A stretch of DNA of 64,000 nucleotides from Abditibacteriaceae bacterium (GCA_965277285.1 OZ255721.1:3168001-3232000), one strand, 5' to 3'. Positions 40,393 through 49,705 are shown, counted from the stretch's first letter. Notes: generated by a model not told the origin, from the letters alone. Program-made: numbers and translations.

Positions 40393-42084
40393 ATGCCCCT
40401 TCTTTTTACGCTGTTCTCTTCATCGCACCGTTGCTGCAAATTGGTTCTCGTGTTATCCATTGCAAGCATTTTTGCAATTGCTGCGGCGTCGGCGCAAACG
40501 ACTTCCGCGACATCGAGTACTCGAAACTCAACGCCGCATATCATCGCGCCACCCGCAACAGCGGTTCCCCCCGCCGCACCTATTTCTAATGCAACACCGG
40601 ACGCGACGCCGCCGCTGATAAATCCAACAATCGTAATTCCAGGTTCATCGACAGTTCCCAATGCACCAGCGACAACCGCCAGCCCGACAACTTCGCCCAA
40701 AGCGCCAGCCGCAGCCACTCCCACGGCAACGCCAACAGCAACGCCGACCCCAACGCCGGTTTTGCCCGCGCGCGGCACGCTGGAAGTTTCGGGCGACGCC
40801 AATCAAATGTCGGTCTTTGCCGTCGGCAGCGACGCGCAAGAATTGTTTACCGCCGTAGCCGACCGCGCGAAACTGCCGTTGCTGATCGATGACACGGTTT
40901 CGCGCAAATTGACCGTCAACTTCGTGGACAAACCAGCGCGCCAAATCATCGAAGACATCACGCGTTCTTATGGAATGTCGTCCGCCGATGTGAACGGCGT
41001 GACGATGATTTCCGAAGGCATTCCCCGTTCGCCCAGTTCTTACCTGCTGTCTGACATCGACTCGATTCCGACCAAATACGTCGATGCAGCGAACGCGCGC
41101 AACTTATTGCCGGTTTTCTTGCAGGATTATGTGAAAGTCAATTCGGAGCAGAACGCGGTGGTTTTGTCGGCGCCGCGCGAAGTGTTGACCAAGTTTCGCC
41201 AGGACATCGCGCAGTTCGACATTCCCGCATCGCAGATTTTGCTCGATTTGCTTTTAGTCGAACTGACCAACACCAGCGAAGACGATCTGGGTTTGCAGCT
41301 TTCTTATGCCAACGGCGGACGCGGCATATCGTTGTTGCCAGGAGTGGGAAGTTCGGCGTTCAGTGCGGTGACGACGCTCAAAAGCGGATTCTTCGTTGGA
41401 TTGAACGCCTTGCAGCAGCAGGGCAAAGCGCGCGTGCGTGCCAATCCGCGCATTGCGACAGTTTCGGGACGACCGGCTTCGATTTTCGTCGGGCGACAGC
41501 AGTACGTTTTGACGCCTTTGGATAACGGCGGCAACAACATTTCCGCCGGCGTGCAATTGAATGTGACGCCTTATACGGGCGGACAAAATCAAGTTCTCAT
41601 CAACGCTTATACCGAAGTTTCCACGCTTTCGGCCAACGATCCGAAAACCAACCTGCCGGAAAAAAGCACGCGAACCGCGAACACAACGGTGCGCGTGAAT
41701 GACGGGCAAACCATTGTTATCGGCGGCTTGAAGCAACAGGAAACGCGCGACATTCGCACCAAAGTGCCGTTCTTCGGCGACTTGCCGCTCATCGGCAAAC
41801 TTTTCCGCACCAAAACCATCGGCAAAACCGACACGGAATTGGTCTTGTTCATCACGCCGCACATCTTGTCGGATACGGGACATTTGCCCGCCGCGCAGGA
41901 AAAAGCGATGCAAGATCGTTTTCTCAACGGCGATTTGAACGCACCTTTGCCGCCCGCGCCCGCTTCCACTTTCGATTTGCCGCCGACAGCTTTGTCGCCA
42001 ACGTCTTCCACGCCAACGTCTTCCACGCCAACATCTTCCACGCCGCAATCGAGTACTGGAAACGCGCCGAACGCGGCAAAGTAA
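40393..42084 (+). CDS. Secretin family protein (GspD/PilQ-like) 1
   Basis: ANPRIATVSGRPASI, AGVQLNVTP, VRVNDGQTIVIGGL, KVPFFGDLPLIGKLF, ELVLFITP. Confidence 0.9.
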   Translation: MPLLFTLFSSSHRCCKLVLVLSIASIFAIAAASAQTTSATSSTRNSTPHIIAPPATAVPPAAPISNATPDATPPLINPTIVIPGSSTVPNAPATTASPTTSPKAPAAATPTATPTATPTPTPVLPARGTLEVSGDANQMSVFAVGSDAQELFTAVADRAKLPLLIDDTVSRKLTVNFVDKPARQIIEDITRSYGMSSADVNGVTMISEGIPRSPSSYLLSDIDSIPTKYVDAANARNLLPVFLQDYVKVNSEQNAVVLSAPREVLTKFRQDIAQFDIPASQILLDLLLVELTNTSEDDLGLQLSYANGGRGISLLPGVGSSAFSAVTTLKSGFFVGLNALQQQGKARVRANPRIATVSGRPASIFVGRQQYVLTPLDNGGNNISAGVQLNVTPYTGGQNQVLINAYTEVSTLSANDPKTNLPEKSTRTANTTVRVNDGQTIVIGGLKQQETRDIRTKVPFFGDLPLIGKLFRTKTIGKTDTELVLFITPHILSDTGHLPAAQEKAMQDRFLNGDLNAPLPPAPASTFDLPPTALSPTSSTPTSSTPTSSTPQSSTGNAPNAAK

Positions 42085-42086
42085 TC

Positions 42087-43922
42087 ATGCTTTTTCGCAT
42101 TCAAATGAAACGTTCGCATTATGTGGGGGCGAGGCATGCCTCGCCCGTACGATGTCTTGCGCTTCTATGTCTGGTGATGTTTTGGGCTATTCCGTGTCGC
42201 GCGCAATTGGCGACTTCGTTTTACAACGTGACTGGCATCACGGCGACGAGTTTGCCGAACGCGGTACGCTTGACGATTCAAACTGATGGCACGGTTTATT
42301 TCGGCGGCGATCAAAACGATTTCATCAACTTCGACAACACGTATCAGCCGAAACCGGTACGTTCGTTTCGCTTGCGCGTTTTGGGCGCGCGCGCACGTCT
42401 TCCGGCTTATGTTCCAATCGGCCAATATCCGATTGATTCGGCCAGTGTGTCGATTGCGCCCGCGACTTTCAGCAATCCGTACTATCGCCAGGAAGCGCCG
42501 CAATTCGAGCCGCACGTCGACATCGAACTGCACTTTTACGTTCCTGTCACGGTGCAACGTTTCACGGTTCGTCCCAACGATTACGGCTTGCGCTTCAACG
42601 ACACGCTGGGGCCAAACGATGTCGCCGTCGATCCTTCGCAAGACGGTCAGGCGATTATCATTACCGTTTTTACTGACCGTGCCGACACGCGTTCCGCGCA
42701 AAACATCAAGCGTTCGCCAGTCGAAAACCAGAAACATCGCTTGCAAGTCACCGATTCGACGAATGCCAGTTCGATAGTGAACGTTCCAAACGCCGGTGAA
42801 AAACACTTTCGCCTGGACGCGTTGCATTCGCCTTTAAGCGCTGTGTTGGGCGAAGTCGCGCGCGTCACAGGAAGCGGGCTTTTCGCTGCGCCCGAAGTCG
42901 CCGACACCGATATGTCGATGCTTTTGCCAGATGCGACTTTGCCGCAATTTCTCGATGATTTGTCGCGTGGCTACGGAATGCAAATCGTGCCGCAAGAAGG
43001 CGGAAGTTTCGCAGTGGCGCGAGGACTTTCCGACGTTTCAAACGCTGCGGGCGCCAATTCGAGTACTGGAAATGCGACGACTAACACTTCGATCAGTGCT
43101 TCGGGCGCGTCGCAGGAATTGCCGTTGCAACGTTTCTCGTTGAAGTATTTGCAAGCTGACCGCGCGCGTTCTCTGTTGCCCGATTTTCTGCTACCTGCGG
43201 TGCGCGTCGATGAAGACAACAACGCGCTGTTGGTTTCGGCTTCGTCATCGCTGGCGCAGAAAATCGGCGACGATTTGGCGGTTTTGGATAAGCCGCGCGC
43301 GCAAGTTCGTGTCGAAGCCGATTTGTGGGAGTTTTCTTCGTCCGATGACGCCAACCTCGCGTTGCAAACCGTTTTCGCGGGTCGTAATTTTGGCGCGAAC
43401 TTCGATTCGCAAGCCGGTTCGCTGGCGATTCGTCTGGACGGAAACCGAGTGCGTCAATTTGCCGCGACGTTGCAGGCGTTGGGAATTCGCGGACGCGTGC
43501 GACTGCGCGCCAAGCCGTTTCTTGTCGTCGCGTCGGGCGAACACGGAACGCTCTTTTTGGGACAAACGCGTTATGTCACAATTTTCGATGGCTATCAGGT
43601 GAACGCGCTGCAACTGCAAGTCGGCACGTCGCTGGAAGTGACGCCGCGCGCCGGAGCAGGCGACCAGATCAGCCTCGATTTGCATCCGCGCTTTTCGACG
43701 GTGGACAACATTGACAGCAACACGCATTTGCCGACATTGGGCATCCGCGAATTTTATTCGAGCAATACGCTGCAAAATGGCGAGCAAATTTTAATCGCCG
43801 GCCTTGATTCCGATTTGAACGCACGCACGCGCAGTCGCGGCGCCTTGACTTTCGACACGACGCAGCGCAACCATGAAATAGCGAAATCCATTCTGCTCGT
43901 GACCGCCAGCAAAACCTCGTAA
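42087..43922 (+). CDS. Secretin family protein 2 (divergent, with AMIN-like N-terminus)
   Basis: DKPRAQVRVEA, AKPFLVVASGE, VGTSLEVTP, LQNGEQILIAGL; lacks the canonical VP..GD.P.IG.LF motif. Confidence 0.75.
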   Translation: MLFRIQMKRSHYVGARHASPVRCLALLCLVMFWAIPCRAQLATSFYNVTGITATSLPNAVRLTIQTDGTVYFGGDQNDFINFDNTYQPKPVRSFRLRVLGARARLPAYVPIGQYPIDSASVSIAPATFSNPYYRQEAPQFEPHVDIELHFYVPVTVQRFTVRPNDYGLRFNDTLGPNDVAVDPSQDGQAIIITVFTDRADTRSAQNIKRSPVENQKHRLQVTDSTNASSIVNVPNAGEKHFRLDALHSPLSAVLGEVARVTGSGLFAAPEVADTDMSMLLPDATLPQFLDDLSRGYGMQIVPQEGGSFAVARGLSDVSNAAGANSSTGNATTNTSISASGASQELPLQRFSLKYLQADRARSLLPDFLLPAVRVDEDNNALLVSASSSLAQKIGDDLAVLDKPRAQVRVEADLWEFSSSDDANLALQTVFAGRNFGANFDSQAGSLAIRLDGNRVRQFAATLQALGIRGRVRLRAKPFLVVASGEHGTLFLGQTRYVTIFDGYQVNALQLQVGTSLEVTPRAGAGDQISLDLHPRFSTVDNIDSNTHLPTLGIREFYSSNTLQNGEQILIAGLDSDLNARTRSRGALTFDTTQRNHEIAKSILLVTASKTS

Positions 43923-43938
43923 ACTTTCGCATCGAACC

Positions 43939-44022
43939 AACGAACCCGAAGCGTGAGCGACGGGTGAACTGCCAGTGTGATGTCGCTCTTACTTCACCCG
44001 TCGCTGACGCTCAGGGTTCGTT
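43939..44022. repeat. REP family B copy
   Basis: AACGAACCCGAAGCGTGAGCGACGGGTGAA...TTCACCCGTCGCTGACGCTCAGGGTTCGTT. Confidence 0.8.
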
Positions 44023-44032
44023 ATTTATTCCT

Positions 44033-45712
44033 ATGTTCCAGTACTCAATTCGCCGTTTCGCCCCTTTGCTTTTGTGCATTCTGTGCCTTTTTGCGACTAA
44101 GAAAACGAGCGCGCAAAACCGTTCTTACACGACGATCAGCGCCGTGACAGTGACGCCTTTATCGAACGGCGTGCAGATTTCGATTCAGGCCGACGGCATT
44201 TTGCAATACACCAACCAGGATACGTATGGGCTGAAGATGCACCTTTATTTTCCGGGTGCGCGCAACGGAACTGGCAAAAACTTCTTCAACGTCAACAGTT
44301 ATCCGGTTTCTTACATTCAGCTTTCCACGCCTCAGGGCGCAACCAACGGCATCGGCTTGAACCTGGATATTTCCAATCTCAGCGCGACCAGCGCCAGCGT
44401 TTCGACCAGCGCCGACAGCCAGAGCGTCTTGCTGACGATCAACTCCGACCGCACGGTGGAAAGCGGACGCAAAGGCGGCGATTCGAGTACTGGAATTGGT
44501 GCCGCCACGACCAAACCCGACACTTCGACCGAAGTCCTTTATCAAAACGGATTGTTGACGTTACGCGCCGTGAAAGCCGATATTCACGAATTAATCGGCG
44601 GCATCGCGCGCAAAAGCGGCATTTCGGTCGCCGTTGATGATGCGGTTTCGCGCAAAGTCAGCCTTAATTTGAACAATGTTTCGGCTGAAGACGCGTTGCG
44701 CGACATCAGCACCGCCTATGGTTTGGCGCTGTCGCAAAACGATGGCGTTTACACCTTGAGTGAAGGCGTTCCGACCGATCTGGCGACTTACAACGCATCC
44801 GACACGCAATCTTTTCGGATGCAAAACACGCAAGCGCAAACCGCATCTGGCTTGTTGCCCAACTTCCTTTATTCGTATGTGAAAGTGAATCCCGAGCAGA
44901 ACGCGGTTGTCGTCACGGCGCCCAGTCAGATGCTGGCGAAAATCGGTCAGGATTTACAAAAAATGGATGTCGCGCCGCCGCAAATCGCCGTTGAAGCGAT
45001 TGCGGTTGAACTGACTGACACCAACGACCGCGCGCTGGGCATTTCCTTCGGCAACGCACAAAGCGGCTTCTCGTCCGCGACTGATACCGCTGGCGGAACC
45101 TTGTCCTACACCAACATCGGCAACCTGCCGTCGAACTTTCAATTTACCCTCAACGCGCTCGAACTTCAGGGCAAGGCGCGCGTGCGGGCGCGTCCTCAAA
45201 TGGCTGTGACAAATGGCCAAACCGCGAACTTGTTCATCGGCGCGCAGCGTTTCATCCTGACGCAATATAACCAATTTGGGCAAACGCAAACGCGCATTCA
45301 AAGCGTCGATGTCGGCGTCAAGCTGGCGGTCACGCCTTTGACGGGCGGCAACGGCGAAATCACGACGCACATCGTACCCGAAGTCTCGAACATCACCGAA
45401 CTCGATATACAAACTGGCTTGCCGGTTTTGTCCAGTCGCCGCGCTGATACAACGGTGCGCGTCAAAGACGGCGAAACGATTGCGATTGGCGGCCTGACTT
45501 TGGATCAAGAGCAAACCACAAAAAGCAAAGTCCCGTTCTTCGGCGATTTGCCTCTCATTGGCGGCCTTTTTCGCGGCAGCAAGAAAAACACCGTACGCAC
45601 CGAATTGGTCATCTTCATCACGCCACACATTCTGACGACTGCCGACACGACAAACACGAACGCGCCAACGCCAACATCGAGTACTGGAAACGCCATGAAG
45701 AATGGAAAGTAA
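44033..45712 (+). CDS. Secretin family protein 3 (with AMIN-like N-terminus)
   Basis: ARPQMAVTNGQTA, VGVKLAVTP, VRVKDGETIAIGGL, KVPFFGDLPLIGGLF, ELVIFITP. Confidence 0.9.
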   Translation: MFQYSIRRFAPLLLCILCLFATKKTSAQNRSYTTISAVTVTPLSNGVQISIQADGILQYTNQDTYGLKMHLYFPGARNGTGKNFFNVNSYPVSYIQLSTPQGATNGIGLNLDISNLSATSASVSTSADSQSVLLTINSDRTVESGRKGGDSSTGIGAATTKPDTSTEVLYQNGLLTLRAVKADIHELIGGIARKSGISVAVDDAVSRKVSLNLNNVSAEDALRDISTAYGLALSQNDGVYTLSEGVPTDLATYNASDTQSFRMQNTQAQTASGLLPNFLYSYVKVNPEQNAVVVTAPSQMLAKIGQDLQKMDVAPPQIAVEAIAVELTDTNDRALGISFGNAQSGFSSATDTAGGTLSYTNIGNLPSNFQFTLNALELQGKARVRARPQMAVTNGQTANLFIGAQRFILTQYNQFGQTQTRIQSVDVGVKLAVTPLTGGNGEITTHIVPEVSNITELDIQTGLPVLSSRRADTTVRVKDGETIAIGGLTLDQEQTTKSKVPFFGDLPLIGGLFRGSKKNTVRTELVIFITPHILTTADTTNTNAPTPTSSTGNAMKNGK

Positions 45713-45714
45713 GT

Positions 45715-45800
45715 AACGAACCCTGAGCGTTAGCGACGGGCTTACGTAACGATTACATTAAATTGTTACGTAAGTCCGTCGCTAACGCTCAGGGTTCGTT
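45715..45800. repeat. REP family B copy
   Basis: AACGAACCCTGAGCGTTAGCGACGGGCTTACGTAAC...GTTACGTAAGTCCGTCGCTAACGCTCAGGGTTCGTT. Confidence 0.85.
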
Positions 45801-45826
45801 TATTTAGCGACATCGAGTACTCGATT

Positions 45827-47116
45827 ATGAAAAAGCCTTCCGGCAAGAAGTTGTGGACTGTCACGGGTTTATCAATCGCGCTGATTGGCGGCACGGCGGT
45901 GTGGCGCAATGCCATCAATGCCGATCCGCAAATCGTCATTCCGCCCTATCCCAAAGCGCCCACGCCGAACGGCTTCGATGTTTACGTCAAAGCCTCGAAA
46001 ATGATCGCTCAAACGCGGCCTTATGTGGACGAAGTGGACGATCCAAAACCGCCGAGCGATCCGAAAGTGCGCGCGCAACAATATTCGCTGGCTAACAAAG
46101 AAGCGTGGCTCAAACGCAATGCCGCCGGTTTTTCCCTGATGCAAACCGCGCTGAAGATGCAAAGTCAATATCCAGATTACCGTTCGACGCTTGGCCCGCT
46201 TCCATTTCACCGTTTGCTACGCGAATTGGCGCGCTGCAAAAGCGTCGAACGTCATGCACGCGAAATGCGCGGCGATTGGAATGCTGCCGTCCAAAGTCAG
46301 ATAGATACGGTTCAAATGGGCAACGACATGGCGCACGGTGGAAATGTGGATGCTGGCCTCGTGGCCTTTGCTATCGAAGGCATTGGGCGCAGCGAACCGT
46401 GGAAAAGTGTCGAACGCTTGAACGCCACGCAAGCTCGCGCTGCCTCCAAACGCCTGGAAGCGATTTACGCGCGGCGTATCACCTACATCGAATTGGTGCG
46501 GGAAGAGAAATGGCGTGCGCTCGCTTCTTTAATAACCATTTTTCACGATACAGATTCCAGTTGGCGCGCGGTGAGCAATTGGAACGACAGTCCATCAATT
46601 GTTGACCGAATCAAAATGTTCTGTCTTTCCAAACGCGCGGTTGTGAACAACACGATCCAACGCCTGGACGCACAAATTGCCAACGCGCAGTTGCCTTATA
46701 CCTCGCCTTTCAAGGAATTGCCGTCAGGCGATCCGATTTCGGCAACGGTTGCCTACGATTTTGGAAAAACGTTGCGAACGGTTTTCGCGCGCAATGACGC
46801 GGGAAACGCCTTGTGGCTAACGACATTGGCGTTGCGCGCCTACAAACTCGAGCACAACGCTTATCCGACAAAGCTGCAAATGCTGGTACCGAATTATCTC
46901 AAACAAGTTCCCGCTGATCCGTTTGGCGGTGGCGAAGCCTTGCGCTATAAAATCGTTGGAAACGGTTACCTTTTGTGGAGCATCGGGCCGGATGGAATTG
47001 ATAACAATGGCACGCCGGTTTCGTGGCCTGCGTCGGCTTCGGCAGAACGCCGCAAAAAATTGCCGCAAGTCCAGTTCGACAGCAAAGGCGATTATGTGGC
47101 GGGCAAAAACCGCTGA
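45827..47116 (+). CDS. Hypothetical membrane-anchored protein with GspG-like C-terminal motif
   Basis: N-terminal TM; ALRAYKLEHNAYP..L..LVPNYL..VPADPF...YLLWSIGPDG. Confidence 0.65.
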   Translation: MKKPSGKKLWTVTGLSIALIGGTAVWRNAINADPQIVIPPYPKAPTPNGFDVYVKASKMIAQTRPYVDEVDDPKPPSDPKVRAQQYSLANKEAWLKRNAAGFSLMQTALKMQSQYPDYRSTLGPLPFHRLLRELARCKSVERHAREMRGDWNAAVQSQIDTVQMGNDMAHGGNVDAGLVAFAIEGIGRSEPWKSVERLNATQARAASKRLEAIYARRITYIELVREEKWRALASLITIFHDTDSSWRAVSNWNDSPSIVDRIKMFCLSKRAVVNNTIQRLDAQIANAQLPYTSPFKELPSGDPISATVAYDFGKTLRTVFARNDAGNALWLTTLALRAYKLEHNAYPTKLQMLVPNYLKQVPADPFGGGEALRYKIVGNGYLLWSIGPDGIDNNGTPVSWPASASAERRKKLPQVQFDSKGDYVAGKNR

Positions 47117-47146
47117 CGCTACAATATCGAGTACTCGATAGGCGAG

Positions 47147-47488
47147 GTGCTGATGAAATCATTTGATGCCAAGTTCGATTTCAACAAAGTGTTGCGCCGA
47201 CAACCACGAGAAGTGCGCCGCGCGGCTTACCGTTATTACTTCTGGCAAATGCTGCGGCTTTGGACTTGGTGGCTGGGCTACATTGGAATCAGTTTCGTCT
47301 TCAATCTCAGCCAACAATTGGCCAGTCGAGTTTGGAGAAACGGAGTTCTTTGGGAATCATTAGCGCCGATTGTGTGTACGATCATTTATTTTCAGGTTTG
47401 GCAACATTTCTTCGTTGATCCACAAATGAGACGAAAGATGCATGATTACTTGCGTGAATACAAGATTGCTGGCGCAGATTTGCATTGA
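47147..47488 (+). CDS. Small hypothetical membrane protein
   Basis: Two hydrophobic segments; GAGGTG RBS-like sequence before ATG at 47153. Confidence 0.5.
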   Translation: MLMKSFDAKFDFNKVLRRQPREVRRAAYRYYFWQMLRLWTWWLGYIGISFVFNLSQQLASRVWRNGVLWESLAPIVCTIIYFQVWQHFFVDPQMRRKMHDYLREYKIAGADLH

Positions 47489-47513
47489 CAACGCTTGGAG
47501 GTTGCGTTAGAAT
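47485..47513 (+). promoter_or_regulatory. Sigma70 promoter of the tRNA-rpmG-secE-nusG cluster
   Basis: TTGACA-17 bp-TAGAAT, near consensus. Confidence 0.75.
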
Positions 47514-47623
47514 GTTGCTTCGCGCGTGACGAGTAATGCGTCTTTTCTTTTGTCTTCCGAAGTGCTTGAGACAGCGAATCGAGTACTCGAAAAGCGTGGA
47601 AATGTCTTGGTGGAAACGCCATT

Positions 47624-47696
47624 GCCAGCGTAGCTCAGTTGGTAGAGCAGCGGTTTTGTAAACCGCCGGTCGCGGGTTCGACTCCTGTCGCTGGCT
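47624..47696 (+). tRNA. tRNA-Thr(TGT)
   Basis: GCCAGCG/CGCTGGC stem, TT-TGT-AA loop, GGTTCGACTCC. Confidence 0.96.
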
Positions 47697-47769
47697 TCCA
47701 AAAAGTTCTCAGTTTTTAGTTTTGAATTCTTCGTTGAACTTCTCAACTCGAGATTGAGAATTCATAAAC

Positions 47770-47852
47770 GCACAGGTGGCCGAGCGGTTAATGGCGTCAG
47801 ACTGTAAATCTGATCTCGAAAGGGTACGGCGGTTCGAATCCGTCCCTGTGCA
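47770..47852 (+). tRNA. tRNA-Tyr(GTA)
   Basis: GCACAGG/CCTGTGC stem, CT-GTA-AA loop, long variable arm. Confidence 0.96.
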
Positions 47853-47938
47853 TTGCAGAAATTTTCGATTTTTAGTTTTTAATTTTGAGTTGACGTAGAT
47901 AACTCAAAACTGAGACTTGAAAATTGAGAACTCATTAA

Positions 47939-48010
47939 GCCGCTGTAGCTCAGGGGCAGAGCACCATCTTGGTAAGATGGGGGTCGAGGGTTCGAATCCC
48001 TCCAGTGGCT
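47939..48010 (+). tRNA. tRNA-Thr(GGT)
   Basis: GCCGCTG/CAGTGGC stem, TT-GGT-AA loop. Confidence 0.96.
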
Positions 48011-48108
48011 TTTCAGTGGGAGCGAGTTCGTCCTTTCGCTCGTTTGAAGTTTGTTTTGGTCTGTTGAATCAGTCCGTTGAAGTTGTTGAATTGGAAGGAG
48101 TTGTTAAA

Positions 48109-48270
48109 ATGGCATCTAAGAATCAGACAACGTTGTCGATGGCGTGCGGCGATTGCAAAAGCCGCAACTATCAGACTTCGAAGAACAAGAAAAATGTGAA
48201 AGATCGCTTGCGCTTGAAGAAGTTCTGCCCCAAGTGCCGCGCTCACACCGAACACGCGGAAACACGATAG
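48109..48270 (+). CDS. rpmG: 50S ribosomal protein L33 (zinc-ribbon type)
   Basis: [44 protein letters not shown]. Confidence 0.95.
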   Translation: MASKNQTTLSMACGDCKSRNYQTSKNKKNVKDRLRLKKFCPKCRAHTEHAETR

Positions 48271-48337
48271 TTCTTAATTTTGAGTTCTCAGTTTTAAGTT
48301 TTTAATTGAGAACTCAAAATTGAGAATTATGTAAGAT

Positions 48338-48410
48338 AGGCGAGTAGCTCAATTGGTAGAGTTGCGGTCTCCAAAACCGTCGGTTGCAGGTTCGAGTCCT
48401 GTCTCGCCTG
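48338..48410 (+). tRNA. tRNA-Trp(CCA)
   Basis: AGGCGAG/CTCGCCT stem, CT-CCA-AA loop; canonical position before secE. Confidence 0.96.
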
Positions 48411-48495
48411 GAAAAATAATCGCATCGAGTACTCGATAAAGAGGCTCGATGTCGCACACTCGTTTTGTCGTTTGAGTGGGAGAGGCATTCGTTTT

Positions 48496-48834
48496 ATGGC
48501 CATCGTTCGCACCACAACCAAAGATGTCGGCAATTCTGCGCCCAACGGCCAGACTGTACCGGCGAAAACCAAGCCCATCGCGGGTCGTTCGGCGCCTGTG
48601 CTGCCCAATCGCACGCTCGCGCCGCGACCAGCTAATGCGGGTTCGTTTCTCGAAGAAACGCGCACCGAACTGTACAAAGTGAAGTGGCCGACGCGCGAAG
48701 AAGTGCGCTCGGGCACCATTGTCACGGTCGGCTTGCTGGTTTTCTTCGCGTTTTATATCTTTGGGGCGGATTACATTGTGAACTGGCTATTCCACGTGCT
48801 GGGACTTTACGTCGCGGCGCCTTCTCACCCATAA
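48496..48834 (+). CDS. secE: Preprotein translocase subunit SecE
   Basis: FLEETRTELYKVKWPTR followed by one TM; synteny. Confidence 0.93.
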   Translation: MAIVRTTTKDVGNSAPNGQTVPAKTKPIAGRSAPVLPNRTLAPRPANAGSFLEETRTELYKVKWPTREEVRSGTIVTVGLLVFFAFYIFGADYIVNWLFHVLGLYVAAPSHP

Positions 48835-48952
48835 AAAGTCGAATTAATCTGGTTTTCGTTGTTTTTATGGCGCGGCTTTGTTTTGTCGCGCCTGTCGCAA
48901 CGGATGTTTGTTGTTAGGGTCTTTGTTGTTCATGTTTGTCGCAGGGAGTGTC

Positions 48953-49492
48953 ATGTCCAAGCACTGGTATGCCGTGCATACGTACGCCGGTCAGGAAGAG
49001 AAAATCAAGATGAACCTGGAGCGTCGCATCGAAGCGATTGGCTTGAAGGATCGTATCGCGCGCGTTTTGGTGCCGACCGAAGACGAACACAAGATGCGCG
49101 GCGCGAAAAAAGTCATTGTCAAGCGCAAGGTGTTTCCAGGTTATGTTCTGGTCGAAATGGAAATGGACGACGAAACCTGGCATTTCATCCGTCAAACCGT
49201 TGGCGTGACGGGTTTTCTGGGGCAGGCGACGGGAACCAGCAAGCCAGCGCCGCTGCAGCAGCACGAAGTCGATGTGTGGCTGGGCAAAATGGGCGAAGCC
49301 GCGCCGCAACGTCGTACCGCTTTGTTCCACAAGGGCGAACGCGTCAATGTGATTGGCGGCCCGTTCAACGGCAGCGAAGGTCGCATTGAAGATATTAACG
49401 TGAAGGGCGAAAAACTGACGGTAATGATTCCGATCTTCGGGCGCGAAACGCGCGTTGACTTGGACTTCTCGCTGGTCGAACGCCTTAGTTGA
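48953..49492 (+). CDS. nusG: Transcription termination/antitermination factor NusG
   Basis: WYAVHTYAGQE, FPGYVLVEM, KOW GGPFNG, IFGRET. Confidence 0.97.
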   Translation: MSKHWYAVHTYAGQEEKIKMNLERRIEAIGLKDRIARVLVPTEDEHKMRGAKKVIVKRKVFPGYVLVEMEMDDETWHFIRQTVGVTGFLGQATGTSKPAPLQQHEVDVWLGKMGEAAPQRRTALFHKGERVNVIGGPFNGSEGRIEDINVKGEKLTVMIPIFGRETRVDLDFSLVERLS

Positions 49493-49503
49493 AACAGATT
49501 TTG

Positions 49504-49687
49504 AACCGCGAAGGACGCGAAGGACGCGAAGAGAAAGAAGAATTGAGTACTCGAGAGTGCAAGTTTGTCATTCTGAGCGAAGCGAAGAATCTGGTTGAAG
49601 TTAGATTCTTCACTTTGCTCAGAATGACAGATTGACAGCTTTATTGTTTTCTTCTTTCTCTTCGCGTCCTTCGCGTCCTTCGCGGTG
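49504..49687. repeat. Composite repeat: 9-bp periodic (CGCGAAGGA) outer arms, REP family A inside (49566-49629), palindrome variant at 49543
   Basis: ACCGCGAAGGACGCGAAGGACGCGAAGAGAAAGAAG / CTTCTTTCTCTTCGCGTCCTTCGCGTCCTTCGCGGT. Confidence 0.85.
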
Positions 49688-49705
49688 AATCAATAGGAAA
49701 AAGTC

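Noticed and set aside
40266..40802. N-terminal 179-aa extension of the FAD oxidoreductase ORF
   Set aside because: It is the antisense of the secretin-1 5' region; the Rossmann motif begins just after GTG 40265.
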